Below, piece by piece: positions 13,690-27,141 of a DNA stretch of 64,000 nucleotides; position 1 is the first letter of the stretch; each line of letters starts with the position of its first letter. This DNA comes from Lama guanicoe (taxonomy: Eukaryota), in contig MU053652.1 in the NCBI GenBank assembly GCA_013239625.1, positions 6,811,902-6,875,901 on the forward strand, written 5' to 3'. Position numbers and translations under genes: made by a program. Below the pieces are notes generated by a model. It worked only from the letters and a program-made list of their open reading frames with translations, was not told the origin of the DNA and ran no database searches.

Positions 13690-14580
13690 TTCTTATCTTC
13701 CTAAAATACTGCCTTTCACAGACACTTCATAGAAAAGTATTTATTATCTTTTCTCCAAACTATTTCCCTCTCTAGAGTTCCTTTTCATAGTTACTACCAC
13801 CACCATTTCGCCAATCTCAATTTCACATATCCATGTTATGTTTGATTGTTCTTCCTTCATATTTAGTAAAGTACCAAACCATCTTTAAAAGTCAATTCAA
13901 AAAATGTCTTACTTGTATCTCTTTTCTTCTTTATCCCTACCCTCATTTTAATTGTAACTCATTATTTCAAATTTAGGGTGTCCATACTATATGCTGATTC
14001 CTCCTACCGGTACACTGTATTATAGGCTAGTATCACCTGCAGTGTACAACACTCTACACTCAGCAGATTCTCAACTTAAAAAAAAATTTTTTAGCTGTCC
14101 TTTCCACTTCCATTTCCTTTCTCTCTTCCTTTTCTCCTGCAAATCTGGATTCTGTATGTTATTGCCAGACTAACTTTATTGTGTTTTTATCACATCATTC
14201 CTTCCTTAACTTTCAGGAGCTTCCTACTGCTTATGGAAGTAAATCTCAATTTCTCTGCTTAATCTTTCAGTCTTGCCAAAGTCAGGCCCAACCATACCAA
14301 TTAAAACTCATTTTTCACAACCTGTGCTTTAGCCAAGCCAGTCCTAACACAGTCCTTTCAAAATGGCAAGCTTATGCCAGACTCTGTGCTTTTATTTTGC
14401 CAAGAATGTCTTTCCATCTTCAAGTTTATCATTCAAAATGAAGTTTTCCAAGTATCTGCTATCACACTTCTAATTTAGCTCTTTTAGGTATCACACACTG
14501 TATGCTACTTTGTAAGAGTTTTTATCATTTGCTTCCCCAACGAGAAAGTAAGTGCCTCATGGCAGGGATTAGGCCACACC
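13690..14580 (+). mobile_element. L2 fragments
   Basis: Pyrimidine-rich L2-like motifs (cttcctactgcttatggaagtaaatctcaatttctctgctt; agaaagtaagtgcctcatggcagggatt). Confidence 0.55.
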
Positions 14581-14589
14581 ATGACACTC

Positions 14590-14765
14590 CAAGTATCATA
14601 GAGCTTTACGGCTGGAAACCACCCTAGAGACCAGCTAGGTCAGTCCTTTCATTTTAAAGCTGATAAATCTGAGGCTCAAAGCAGTTAACTGACTTTCAAA
14701 AGATCACAGACCCTTTAGCAACAGAGCTAGGAATAACATGCAATTTAGTCTCACTACACAGCATA
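14590..14765 (-). mobile_element. MIR SINE
   Basis: atcatagagc...ggctggaaa...cctttcattttaaagctgataaatctgaggctcaaagcagttaactgactttcaaaagatcacaga, reverse MIR/MIR3 core. Confidence 0.75.
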
Positions 14766-14840
14766 GCACATATACATATATATATGCTTATATGTGCATA
14801 CACTATAAAGAACATGTTGTATATACTATAGTGCATATAC

Positions 14841-14843
<3 letters not shown>

Positions 14844-14872
<29 letters not shown>
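14844..14872. repeat. (TG)n microsatellite
   Basis: Read directly from sequence. Confidence 0.95.
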
Positions 14873-14874
<2 letters not shown>

Positions 14875-16156
14875 TTTTGCACTTCTTAATTTGATTGCTG
14901 ATTTTCTAGATAGGAAAGGATGTTTATTTTCCCAGGTTATAGACTTCAAAGCTGACTGATTTCAATCAGTTGTGACACAAAATGAAATATATATATTGAA
15001 ATTATATATATATATATATAAAGGTAAAAGTATATAGCTTATTTTCAAATATGTACCATTTTCTAAGATAATGGGAACTCAGGACTCTTTATTGAGTACA
15101 ATGACATGCATAAAGAACTAAATTTAGAAACTGGGAAGAGAGCTATGAAGCAAGACAGTTAAAAAGAAAGAAGAAATAGCCAAAAAGCAAGGGTGAAGAA
15201 GAAAAAAAAGAAGAGTTTTGGAGTGAGATGCCAGATGTTGTGTGTATTGATGTCCCTTCCTTCCCTAATCACCCCACAAAATCTTTAATAAGTTAATATT
15301 ATAACACATTATATTTTGAAAATGCAATGAAAGTGCTGATGTGCTGATTCAAGGTGAGCAAAAAGGAAAATATACAGGGTCTTGGATGCATCTCTATTAC
15401 TTTGTAATAATACAATCATCAGTTACCTTTAAAATTTTTAAATTTTAATTTGTCTTTTTTAATACTGACAAACCCAAGTTTAATTAAGATCATTTACAAA
15501 ATGTAAACACTTTAAAAGATATTTTATGGAACATCCTATACAGGCAAGAAAGATATGCTTCAATGATTAAAGAAAATTTCTCCTTTAGCTAAAAATAGGA
15601 ACAAAACTGACAAATTTTATGAATAAAACTGAACTGGTAAAATTTTAAAATAAAAATCTTCACTTTACCACAGTGTTTTCATAGAGTTTTGACAACTCAT
15701 CAGGTGGCACATTAGTTGATGAGCGCAATTTAGATTTAGCAGAAACATGTGAAAATGCTAATGACACGTGGAAATCTTTGGCTCAGTTAATTGCAATATA
15801 TTCCTCACCTAATAGGTAGAAAAATACAGAAGTACCTATTGATTCCAGCTTTTTGCTTGATTAGTGATTAATATAGTTTATGTTGTTTCTGTATAATTAG
15901 AACTAAATGAAAATCCTTGGTGTGACCTCTTTCTACACAGCAGAAATATTTACAGTAATATTTTCTTCAGAATGTGTCATATGTTTACCCTCTAAACTTC
16001 TATTAATGCTTGTAATCTCAAATAAACCAATGCCATAATATGTTCTGTTCTGTGAAATCTACTCTTCAAATCTGTTGATTATTTGGAAAAATTAAGCTCT
16101 TATAAGTTTCAATTTTGTTTAAAATTGGAGTTACTTCAGTCAATGTGCAAAATCAG

Positions 16157-16640
16157 TGTAACAGTTTTTAATTGCTGCTTTAACCAATTACCACACATGT
16201 CGTGATTTAAAACAACTTATATTTGTTATCTTAAAGTTTTAGAGGTCAGAAGTCCAAAATGGGTCTTGCTAGGCTAAAATTAAGATGTCAAACAGACAGC
16301 AGTCCTTTGGAGGCTTGGTGGAGAATCTTTTCCCTGCCTTTTTCAGCTTCTAGAGACTTGCCTGCATTCCCTGACTGCGGTCTCTTTATCATTTTCAAAG
16401 CTAGCAGCACAGCATCTTCAAATCTTTTTCTGACTCTCTCGCCTCCTTCCATTTATAAGAAATCTTGTGTTTACACTCGGTCCTCTAAACTAATCCATGA
16501 TAATCTCATCTCAAGATCAGTTGACTGGCAGCCTCAATTCCACCTGCAACCTTAACGCCCCTCTGCCATGTAGCCTAATATGTTTACAGATTCCAGGGAT
16601 TAAGACAGGGATATCTTTGGTGGACCACCCCCAGCCACTA
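16157..16640 (-). mobile_element. MaLR solo LTR (MLT1D/C-like)
   Basis: attgctgct...aattaccac...ttaaaacaac...gaggtcagaagtccaaaatgggtctt...ggagaatc...cagcttctagag...gataatctc...acagattccagggattaagac; reverse MLT1 LTR. Confidence 0.9.
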
Positions 16641-17504
16641 AGAAAATTGAAGTTACTTCCTTTTACGATCTCTATATCTTTGATTTTCAAGCATTTGTAA
16701 CTCACTTTTAGATTGATATCTTACCATAAACTCTATCCCTAGAGGTCTATAGGACAAATTTTATGCTTGAGTAGTATCGATCTGTTTTTGCGTTAAAAAT
16801 TCTCCAGTATCTTTCAAAACTGGGGAGATAGTATTTGATGCCCCAGATCTTAGATTTATATGCATTGCCTGCTTTATGAAGAAGATTGGCTAGGGCCTTA
16901 CTATAAAGTTGCACAGCAAATGAATGCCCAGGAGGGAGAGATTTTTCCTACCACCACTCTTTGGCCTATACAAATTATGCTGTAAATGTCAGAATCTGCT
17001 TTCTACAGTTCAGTTTGAAAGCTTCCCTTCCATTGTACTGAAATTTAACAACCAGTGAGCCAAATAGTAAACCTAAACCTTATAGGCAAGTAGTTTTCAC
17101 AATAATGGAATTTTAGTATTGACTTAATAAAACACCACTATACTGTAGAAAGTTTTTATGATATTTGTTGTAATATTGTATTTCATATTTGGCAGTTACA
17201 ACTTACAACTAGAAGAACAAGTTTATTTTAAATGTCAGTTCACATTAAATTTATATAGTTCAATTATGTTTAAAAGCAGACATTCCTCTCTAAGCATATG
17301 TCTTCATAAGATCTAGAAGGAATTCAATTTGGAGTGAATTATTGTTATAGAATAACTTTGTAATAAAGGTCTTTTAGTTTAGTATTTTGAATATCCCATA
17401 ATTGGCTATCTGGGGAAGACTAAGGTTAAAAATATTTTTGAGAACACTTATTTACCTGAGGTGGGTTTATCAGAAATCACAAATATCTCCCTGTGGTTTT
17501 CTGG

Positions 17505-19430
17505 TATAATTACTGGTATAATTACATGATGGAATATTACTCAGTAAAGAAAATAAAACAAGCTATCAAACTATCAAAATACAGAGATGAATCTTAAGTC
17601 AATTGCTATGTGAAAGACATCGGTTTGTGAAGGCTGAATGTTGTACGATTCCAATCACACAGAATTCTAGAAAATGCAAAACTCAAGTAATTAAAAAAAA
17701 AAAGATGAGTGATTTGCATGAGTTTTTCAGGGGAAGATGGAGATTCACTAGGTGAAAACACAGGACACAGTGTAGGGAGGTGAAGCTATTCTGTAGGCAG
17801 GCACAACACAATGTGTGTGTCAAAATCCTTTACTGCAGGAGGAGTGACTCTTAAATAGGCACATCTAAAACAACACTTAGGAAGTGAGGGGATCCCAGGC
17901 CAGAATGCAGAATGTAACAAAATCATCTATTTGTGTTACAAATGTATGAAATAAATATCCTGAAGATGGGAAAAATGGGCTGACCTAACTAATTTTGGAA
18001 ATGGACTACATAAGCATCATATTCTAGTTGATAAAGTTGTTTCCCACAGGAGTGTGGATGAGCAATTGATACTGCTATACACGTATGCTAGAATGGAACA
18101 GTTAAGTAAACGGTCAGTCGATGGTGAATGCCAGGTTTCTCACTCAGGATGGGGAGAAAGGTTACAGATAAGCAAAAGAGAAGAGTTTCCAATGACCCCG
18201 ATGTTAATGAATCAGAGCTGGAGACATCATATGAATTCACCTTTGGCCTCACATAAAGATGGTTACATATAGAGTTGTGTGTATATACATGTGTATGTGT
18301 GTGTGAGTGTTAGTATATACACATATATTTACTTGCCTTGTCAGCTGAGAGAACCCAGAAACAACTACATCCCTGTGGTAACAAGTACAGCTAACACAGA
18401 GTGCTTGGTTTCTAATACGATACTCAAATTTTAAAAACCAGGGTTCTTTGGGAAAATCCATAATATATAAGATGAGCTTGAAGCATTCTGTAATGCCAGA
18501 AAGTAAGGAAGTATTAAAACAAAGCAAAATACAAACAGGAGAGAGAGAGAGAGAAAAAAACAAAAGCAAAAAACAGTATAAGGGTACATCAAAGGGATAC
18601 AGAAGCCAACTGAAAAAGCTCCCAATGGTTACAGCTGAAATCATTTGAGAATGAATTAATAAAGTAACAGTGGATTACATTCCAAAAAATAAAATTAATA
18701 TTTATGAGTCCATAACAATATAATGATTGAATAAACATGGAGACAATAGGCAAATCTATGCAGAAAAATTCCGAATAATATATATCTGGTACTCCATCTT
18801 CAAAGTGGCTAAGCATAGCTTCTGACTGCTTAAGTATGGGTTGCATATACTTCCTTCCAAGGAGTACAGTATGGAAAGGAGGAAAAAGGCAAGTTTATAG
18901 TGGACAAACCTGACAAACTCTCCCTCAAGCCAGGCGATCAGAGTAAACATCAACAGTGATGATACGATGTGATGTGAATGACACTTAAACCTGTGAGGTC
19001 TTCCTCCCCCAAATCCAGAACACCAGTATAATCATGAAAAAAAAATCATAAAAACCAAAATGAAGAACATACACAATACCTGGCCACTAATCCTCAAAAC
19101 TGTCAAGGTCACAAAAACAAGGAAAACCTTAGAAACTGTCACAGCTCAGAGGTACCTACGGAGACATAACCACTAAATGTAATATGATACCCTGGATGGG
19201 GCTCTGGAACCAAAAAAATGTATTAGGGAAAAACTATAGAATTCTGAATATCATTTGTACATCAATTAAAATCTATCAGTATCAGTTTACTAATTACAAC
19301 AAATATCCAAATTAACTAAGATGTTAAAATGGGGAAACTGGATGCAGGATACACTGAAGCTCTCTATTATCTTCACTATTTTTCTATAAATCTAAGAGTA
19401 TTCTAAAATAAAAATTCACTTTAAAAAAAG
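17505..19430 (+). mobile_element. Old L1 3' end/3' UTR (L1MC-like)
   Basis: atggaatattactcag...atgaatcttaag; cctcaaaactgtcaaggtc...agaaactgtcacagc...ctaaatgtaat...cctggatggg; ends aaaataaaa plus A-rich tail near 19430. Confidence 0.85.
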
Positions 19431-20094
19431 TATATCCAAAGCATTTATAAAAATGACACTAACTTGTCTTTCAAAAAGGTAGTTATTAGTCATATTTTTA
19501 GTATAAAATATCTGTCTAGTTTCCAAAGTATAGAATTGGCTTCACCCCTCTTAAGTAACTGACATGTATACATAAGAATATGTAAATTCCTTTAAGAGGA
19601 ATATTGTTTAATTTTGTTCAGCATTCCTCACCAGCTTTGTGCAACAATAACACAGCTCTGGGAATCATGTATTGGAACAAAAGGAAAAGCAAGGAAATTG
19701 ATGTTTGGCATAACTAGGAAACAATGCTTTATTATGCATGATTCTATTACAGTCATGCTAACAGAGGAAATGTTTGCAAGTTAATTTTTTTCTCTTATAC
19801 GAATGTTTCCTCTGCTCACATCCTCCCAATGCTCCAAAGGAGTCTCTTCAAACATGGCAGCAGCATAAAGCACAAACCTTTGGGCATTTAGGTGCACTCA
19901 CCTCCCCTCTTTCTGGGACCCGAGTCCACAGAGGAAGAGAAGCACTGGGCTTCCCTTGGGTTGGAATGGTGTTAATCATATGAGCGGATGGTTAGAGCTA
20001 TGACTGCACTGTGCCTGCACTGAGCGCCAGACCTGACGACAGAGGTGCTGACATGCTTTTTATTTTCTGTTGGTGACATGTAGAGCCCTCTTAA

Positions 20095-20322
20095 GCAGTG
20101 CTGTTCAAAATACGTTCTATGCCTTGATGCCAGGACGTAAACTTTTGGTAACTTGATATTAAAAAGGAAGTATGGAATATTTACTTAAGAATAAGCATTT
20201 AGAAAACTTACTACACTTTAAAATGATGACATTTTTATTACACTTGATGGAAATATTTATCTACAAAGGACTGAACAGTACAAATTTCATCCTTGATCAC
20301 AAATGGTGAGGAATAGTGCTCT
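20095..20322. mobile_element. Possible hAT-type non-autonomous DNA transposon remnant
   Basis: Begins cagtgctgttcaaa and ends tgaggaatagtgct, resembling decayed cagtg... terminal inverted repeats of MER5/Charlie-like elements. Confidence 0.35.
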
Positions 20323-21231
20323 CAAGCATTGGACCTAAGGCAGAGGACCCCCTTGCCCATGTGATATTTATCATGGGAGGAAGGGAGGAGGATCACAGAT
20401 GAAGAAAGGTCACTTTTGCCTGGTCCACATTCTTGCTAAGGATGGGGTCGATCCTCCTTTAGCTCTTGAAGGGCAGAGGCTATTTGCTGAGCCTCTTCTT
20501 TATTCTCCTGTGGGCCTTTAGTTACTAATCTTATAATCATGTTCATATAACTATAACAATAAACTATGGGAAATACACAGGGGACTAGACATGTTTCATC
20601 CAGTGAAATAGAAAAAAAAATGCCTTTTAGGAAGAAAAAAATAAGAAAATACAAGGTTGAACTGTGCGATTGCAAGATTTGTCATGCTTATTTTTCATGG
20701 ATTGATCTTTGGATTATTGCATAGGGATAATGATGATGCCTGAAGAAATGTACTGATGTCTTTACATACACTGTGAATTGGAACTATAAAGAAAAGCATT
20801 GATTATTTTTTAGGCCTGTGGTGTATTAGGAACTTAATCATTACGTTCCCTTACTTTGGAGAATTTATTTAACTCAGCTTTTTGTCTCGCGAACGTAAAC
20901 TTTTATTGTCCTCCTATACAACAAACATCTGTCTTATTTTTGAAATGTGTATCTTGGCATATGTTCATTTTCCTTTTTTTTAAACTCTCATAACAACTTG
21001 TCTCTTTGTATAAATTATTAGTTAAATAAATGTATTAAACATTTACATACAAAATCCCAGTTTCACTGTGATGCCATGTTACTGCCTTCCAAGTGTGAAG
21101 GTAGCCACTTCACTCCTCTGTCGCTGTGGGTCACGGTGATGGATGATGGTGATGGATTTGCTCTTCTCTCTCCCTGGCTTTCACATTTGCTTCCTGTGTG
21201 TCTTTATGCCCCGGATTAAAGGCTTGGTCTG

Positions 21232-23862
21232 TGTCTTAGTCCCAGTTTGCTATAACCAATATACCACAGACAGTGGCTTAAACATAAAGCATTTATTTCT
21301 CACAGTCCTGAGGGCTGCTAAGTCCAAGATCAAGGTGCCAGCAGATCCAGTGTTTGTGAGAGCCCACTTCCTGGTCTGCAGATCACCCTTTCCATGTCCT
21401 CACATGGTCGAAGAACAGGGAGAAGAAACAAGCACTCTTGTGTCTCTTCTTCTAAGGGCACTGATCCCATCTGCGAGGGCTCCATTGTCATGACCCAATT
21501 ACTTCCAAAAGACCCCACTTCTAAATACCATCACACTGGGATTAGGCTTCAACATATGAATTGTGAAGGGTCACACTCAACCCAGAGCATTCCTCTGCTG
21601 GCCCATGAAAATTCATTTTTTTTTTTTGCAGGCAAAATACATTCATTCTATCCCAATAGCCCCCAAAGTCATAACTTGTTCCAGGATCAACACTAAAGTC
21701 TGAAGCTTGAAGTCTCATCTAAATATCTAACCCAACTATGGGTGAAAAACCATGTATGATTCACCACAAGGCAAAAATCTTCTCCAGCTGTGAACCTCTG
21801 AAACCAAATTCCCATTCTAAAAGGGAGAAACAGGAAGGAAGGAGTGATGGGTCCCAAGCAAGTTCTAAACCTAGCAAAGCAAATTCCATGACCTCAATGC
21901 TCTCCCTCTTAGACCTAGTTGGGTAGCAATGTCACCTACATGGCTCCTCAAGGTACAATCCAAGCCTTGGCTCTCCTCAGTGACACTGTCCATGTCAAGA
22001 CAGGAATTGTGCCCCCCGGGCTGCTCCACTTCCATGGTTACTGTTGGCAGTGGCCCTGATGATCTCTGAATCACCTTTGGGGTCCTCCTTCATTTCTCTT
22101 AAAGGAGAGCACACATTCACAGCCTTCCTTCACTCCATCCTGTTTCCTGTTTCCTTTCATCAGAGCTGACAGGATTTCTGCTGATCAAATCCCATCTCTA
22201 TTCCTGGTTTCTATTGAGAAGCTGATTAATATCCAACTAATCCTTATCAAATTGTCAGTCTACCACACCTTTACTGTTCTCTTTCAAGTATGCTTTCTAA
22301 TTTTTTGTAATATGGACAGGCTGAGAAATTTCCAAATCTAAGTTCTGGTTCCTTTTTGCTTAACAATGGCATCTTGAATTCATCTTCTCAAATTTTGCTA
22401 TAAGCAGTCAGGAGGAACCAAGCCATAATACTTTGCATAGAAATCGTCTCAGCTAAACATTTCATTGCTCACAAGTTCTACCTTCCATGAAACACAAGAG
22501 CATGGACACCCTTCAGTTCTTTGCTACTTTATAGTTAAGAACTGCCTTTTCTCCATCGTCCAATAACATGTTCTTCGTTTCTGTCTGAGACCTCATCAGA
22601 ATGGCCTTTAGTGTCTCCATTTCTACCAGCATTCTATACCTGGTCATTAATGTGTTCTATAAGAAGATGGCAGCTTTCTTTATAATTTGCCTCATTTTTT
22701 TCTAACACCTTATCAGAATCGCCTTTAAATTTTTCTTACTGGCTCTTTCTCAAAACTTTTTTTAAGGAATTTATTATATTCATTTCTTTAAATTGAAGTA
22801 TAGTAGTTTTACAATGTTGTGTTCATCTCAGATGGTGAAAAGGAATATATATATATATTTTTTTCATGTTCCTTTTCATGTTCTTTTTCATTATAGGCTA
22901 TCATAAGATATTGAATATAGTTCCCTGTGCTATACAGAATAAAATTATTTATTTATTTTACATACAGTAGTTAGTATCTACAAATCCCAAACTCCCAATT
23001 TATCCCTCTATCCTCACCCCTTTCCCTCCTGATAACCATAACTTTGTTTTTATGTCTGTGAGTCTGTTTCTGTTTTGTAAATAAGTTCATTTGTGTCGTA
23101 TTTTTAGGTTCCACATATGAGCAATCTCATATGGTATTTTTCTTTCTCTTTCTGGCTCATTTCACTTTGTATGACAATCTCCAGGTCCATCCATGTTGCT
23201 GCAAGTAGCATTACTTTCTTCTTTTTTTGGCTGAGTAGTATTCCATTGTAGAAGTATACCACAACTTCTTTATCTGATCATTTGTTGATGGGCATTTAGG
23301 TTGCTTCCATGTCTTGGTGGTTGCAAATAGTGCTGCTATGAACACTGGGGTGTATGTGTCTTTTCGAATGAATTGGAGTCAGAACTCTTTTGCATCTCAA
23401 ATTCTTTCAGTTTCTACTCATTACCTAGTTCCAAAGACACTCTGACATTTTTAGGTGTGTTATATCAGCACCCCATTTCTTGGTACCAATTTCTATCTTA
23501 GTCAGTATGGGCTGCTGTAACAAATACACCATAGGCTAAGTGGCTTAAATAATAAATATTTATTTCTCATAGTTCTGGAGGCTGAAGTCCAAGATCAAAG
23601 TGTCAGCAGATCCAGTGTCTGGTGAGAGCCCACTTCTGGTTTTCAGCGGTCGTCTTCTTAGTGTAACCTCACAAGGTGAAGTGTGAAGAGACAGGAAGCA
23701 AGCAGTCTTGAGTCTGTTCTTACAAGGACACTAACCCCATTATGAGGAATCCACCTTCATAATTTAGTTACCTTCTAAAGGCCTCACCTTCAGATACATC
23801 ACACTGGAGATTAGGTTTTAACATATGCATTTTGTGGGAACACAAGCATTCAATTCTTAGCA
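21232..23862 (-). mobile_element. Complete MaLR element (MLT1A/MLT1A0-like): 5' LTR ~23495-23862, internal region, 3' LTR ~21232-21590
   Basis: Two homologous LTRs (both contain aagtccaagatcaa.gtg.cagcagatccagtgt...gtgagagcccacttc); on the - strand the internal region starts gaaattggtaccaag and ends in purine tract gcagaggaa; 5-bp TSD gtctg (21227-21231) / gtcag (23863-23867). Confidence 0.9.
22760..23370 (-). mobile_element. 5'-truncated cetartiodactyl-type L1 3' end nested in the MaLR internal region
   Basis: T-rich start then ttgaagtatagt...ttacaatgttgtg...gatattgaatatagttccctgtgctatacag...ccaggtccatccatgttgctgca...gctgagtagtattccattg. Confidence 0.9.
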
Positions 23863-24387
23863 GTCAGGATACAAAAAACTTTAGGTGAACTCTGTTTTAA
23901 AGGCAACTGAACTAAATGACTATATCTGGGGATGAAGCAATAAAATATAAAACTGAAATCTTGCAATAAAGTGAATATTACTACACATGCATATTTTAAG
24001 ATCATTTGGCTTATTTTCTTATGCATTTTTTTATAGTCAGCCTTATGTTATTGGTGGTAAAGATCTGGCCATAGAGATTTTATCAAATGGAGATGATTGT
24101 AACTTTAAGTCTAACTGCTGATAGCATCATTTAGTGAGATGATTATCATCTTCAGGGTTGACAGAAGTCAAAATTCAAAGGAAAACTGCTTAATAGAATG
24201 CGATATTTCACTGGGATTCTTGGCCATCTTGTAAAGGAACTAGGGACAATGTGAATCAAGAAAAGCTCCACATAAAACTGTGCACAGGTTCCATACCAAC
24301 TGCTTCTGGGAATATTTTTTTATCTTCTGTGGTAACACTTTCAGTTGCTATACACCCCCTCTCCCTTTTTCTTCCTTATAGAAAAGT

Positions 24388-24468
24388 CTTCCTTTAGGTC
24401 CTTTACTAGGCAAGAATGATGGACAAAACCTTCCTTTAGGTCCTTTAGGCAAGAGTGATAGACAAAAC
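24388..24468. repeat. Two-copy ~40-bp tandem repeat
   Basis: cttcctttaggtcctttactaggcaagaatgatggacaaaac followed by cttcctttaggtcctttaggcaagagtgatagacaaaac. Confidence 0.9.
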
Positions 24469-26299
24469 CAAAGCAGGGAAATTCTTTTTAATTTGAGTGA
24501 GACATATGCTCTAATACTCTCATGCCATCTTTTTTCACACTTAGGGCTGGGAATGAGGTGAAATGTTGTCAAGGGTTAGCTTTTATTCAACTGTGAAATG
24601 AATTTGCTCCTGAAACTCAGTTAAATAGGCCATAGTTTATTCCCTCCTACACTATTGGACCTATTCAACATTTCAGACAAGAGAGCAGGGTCTCAAAAGG
24701 ATGAAGCAGTCACCCCTTCCAAGTGTTGCCGACAGTGACCACTGAGTAAGCCCTGTAGAGGTGAACATGGCAGAGCATTCTAGTGGAGGGGTGAGAATGT
24801 ACATCTGCTTAGAAATTACTGAGGGAAGAGTGGATTAGAGACAGAGCTATTGACAACTTTTTCAAGTGGTTTGTTGTCAAATGGGGCAACTCCAGTAAAG
24901 GGATATGAGATTAATAGAGGTTTGTTAGGTTGTTCTAACAAAAGACACTTGAGCATATATTTGGTCTCATCTGCTAAAGATGAAGTACCTCCTATGTTTA
25001 AAAAAAAATTAATTGTAGCAGATTACCAATTAACTAAAAACACTTCAACTGGAATTATTATGGACGCATAATGTCACATGAAAATTGTTTAATTTATGCA
25101 TCCACACATTTATTTCTTCTTTTAAGGGGCAAGGGTGAAGTCTGCTTTTGCTCCCTACTTCATTTCTAGTCCCCAGCATGGTGGCTCTCACAAAGTATAG
25201 TATCAAAATCATCTTCTGTTCTTGTTAGTGAAGAGAGACCGATATGGTAAGAGAGAAAAACCTGGAACTGAAATACTCATTCACTACCTCTTCCTTTAAA
25301 CTTCAGGTCTAAGAGAAGGCTGAACTAAGAAAACTTCTATGAACAGATATCTGAAGCCTAAAGCATTTGCAGAACACAGGGAGGGCCAAGAGCTTAGAGC
25401 TGAGAAATGGAAAGAGGCAACTGGATGGGTGTGGAGCTCAGCTCCTAGGCAGGCTGTTTCATTACAGTGAAAAGCAAGGGGAGATGTCAACAGAGGGGAT
25501 CTTCTCCACCTTGTATCTCCATCCTGTGGTAACAGAGGATCAAAGAATGAGTCAGCAATATTAGTATTTTTTGAAAGATGGTTTCGATCAAAGGCATGGG
25601 TGCGTCTCAGAATATTTTATTTCACCTAAGCAGAAGCCTGATTCTAATCTAACCTTCACTGCTAGTGATAAAGCATTTCATGAAACATAGAAGACACAGT
25701 CTCTCCTCTCCCAGAGGATATAATTCAGTCTGGACTAACAAACAATGAAGAGACATTTCTTTCATTTCTTGTTTCAGTTGTGAAAATGAAAGGCCAACCT
25801 CAGCTGTTCAGGAACAGGCAAGTGCTGAAGGGAATTGTTGGAGGGATGGTGGCAGCTGAGTTGAGCTTAGTCTGGGAAGGCTCCATGTTGCTAATTCCCT
25901 GAGTGATTTATCCTCCCCTTGTAACAACCTTGAGTTTCCTGCCTCCTTTTGAAATTTAGCCTTGGTGTCTCTATTCCCTCTGGTTCTTTAAAATACACAT
26001 TTTTTTAATGCTGAATAAAAGAGTATCTAAAGTTTACAGAACAACTTTGGAACAATTTCTAAACAATGTTTAAAAAAAACAATTTATCTAAGTGTGTTCA
26101 GGATTTCAATTATATTGTCTTATTTTCCTGATTCACTGGGGTTAGTCCAACTTACTGATTACCCTTTTCACACACTCTACTTCTCTTTAAAATTGGAGCA
26201 GGGCCTATTTACATGTCAGTGATATAGGGTAGAAAGAAAGAACATTCTGAAGGGGGAAATAAAGTAAGGAAGATTGAGGAGCACTAAATCTAGAATTTA

Positions 26300-26319
26300 G
26301 GCGTTGGCATGGTAACGCC
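26300..26319. promoter_or_regulatory. Candidate RFX X-box within a near-palindrome
   Basis: ggcgttggcatggtaacgcc; core gttggcatggtaac is one mismatch from the X-box consensus GTNRCCATRGYAAC; locally retains CpGs. Confidence 0.4.
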
Positions 26320-26769
26320 AATGGCGAACTCAGAGTGTGCCTTTGAAAGAAACTCTGAGGACATCAAAAGAAGGAGAATAAAAAAAAAATGCTAAAGGAG
26401 AGAAAAGAGGAATGAAAAATACAATGTGTGGGTTTGAAGTGGGATGGGACAGAGGAAGTCATTCTCTCAGTTTTTGCCAAGTCTGACCCTAAAATGACTA
26501 AGATATGCCATCCACTGGTATATTGATTCAACAAAAACATGAACTCTTCCATGGGCTAAAAACTGAGAATACAAAATTGATTTTAAAGTATGCTTTTCTT
26601 TCAGAGTAGGGATAACGTAGCCAGGAAACATGACATAACTAACATCAAATTATCAATTTGCTATCACTGCTACTTTAGTCTTAGAAGCATCTTTCTCTTA
26701 AGTTGCTTAGTGTGTATTTTCCACTAATTGTCTCCCTACTGATATTACTTTACCCAACCTGCTTTATTA

Positions 26770-27102
26770 ACACGTCCAATCATTTATTCACAAATTTATT
26801 TAATTTCTGTTCATTTATGTATTGATGTCATCTGTGTAGCAGCTAGTGGAGAGTCAACAGTGAACAAAATAGACATAGTCCTACGTTATTTTACATGGTC
26901 CCTACACGGTCCCATCATTAGTTTCCAATAAGCTAGAAAAGACACACATTTAAAAAATGGTAACACTAGTAAATAGTATAAACACCACCTAGAGATTAAG
27001 GCTGTTATAAATCTCTCTTTTCTGTTTTTTAGGTGACTATCACTCTTCACCCCTGAGATGGTGGTGCCAGGGGTATGTGTGTGTGGGAGGGTGGGGGTGT
27101 TG

Positions 27103-27141
<39 letters not shown>

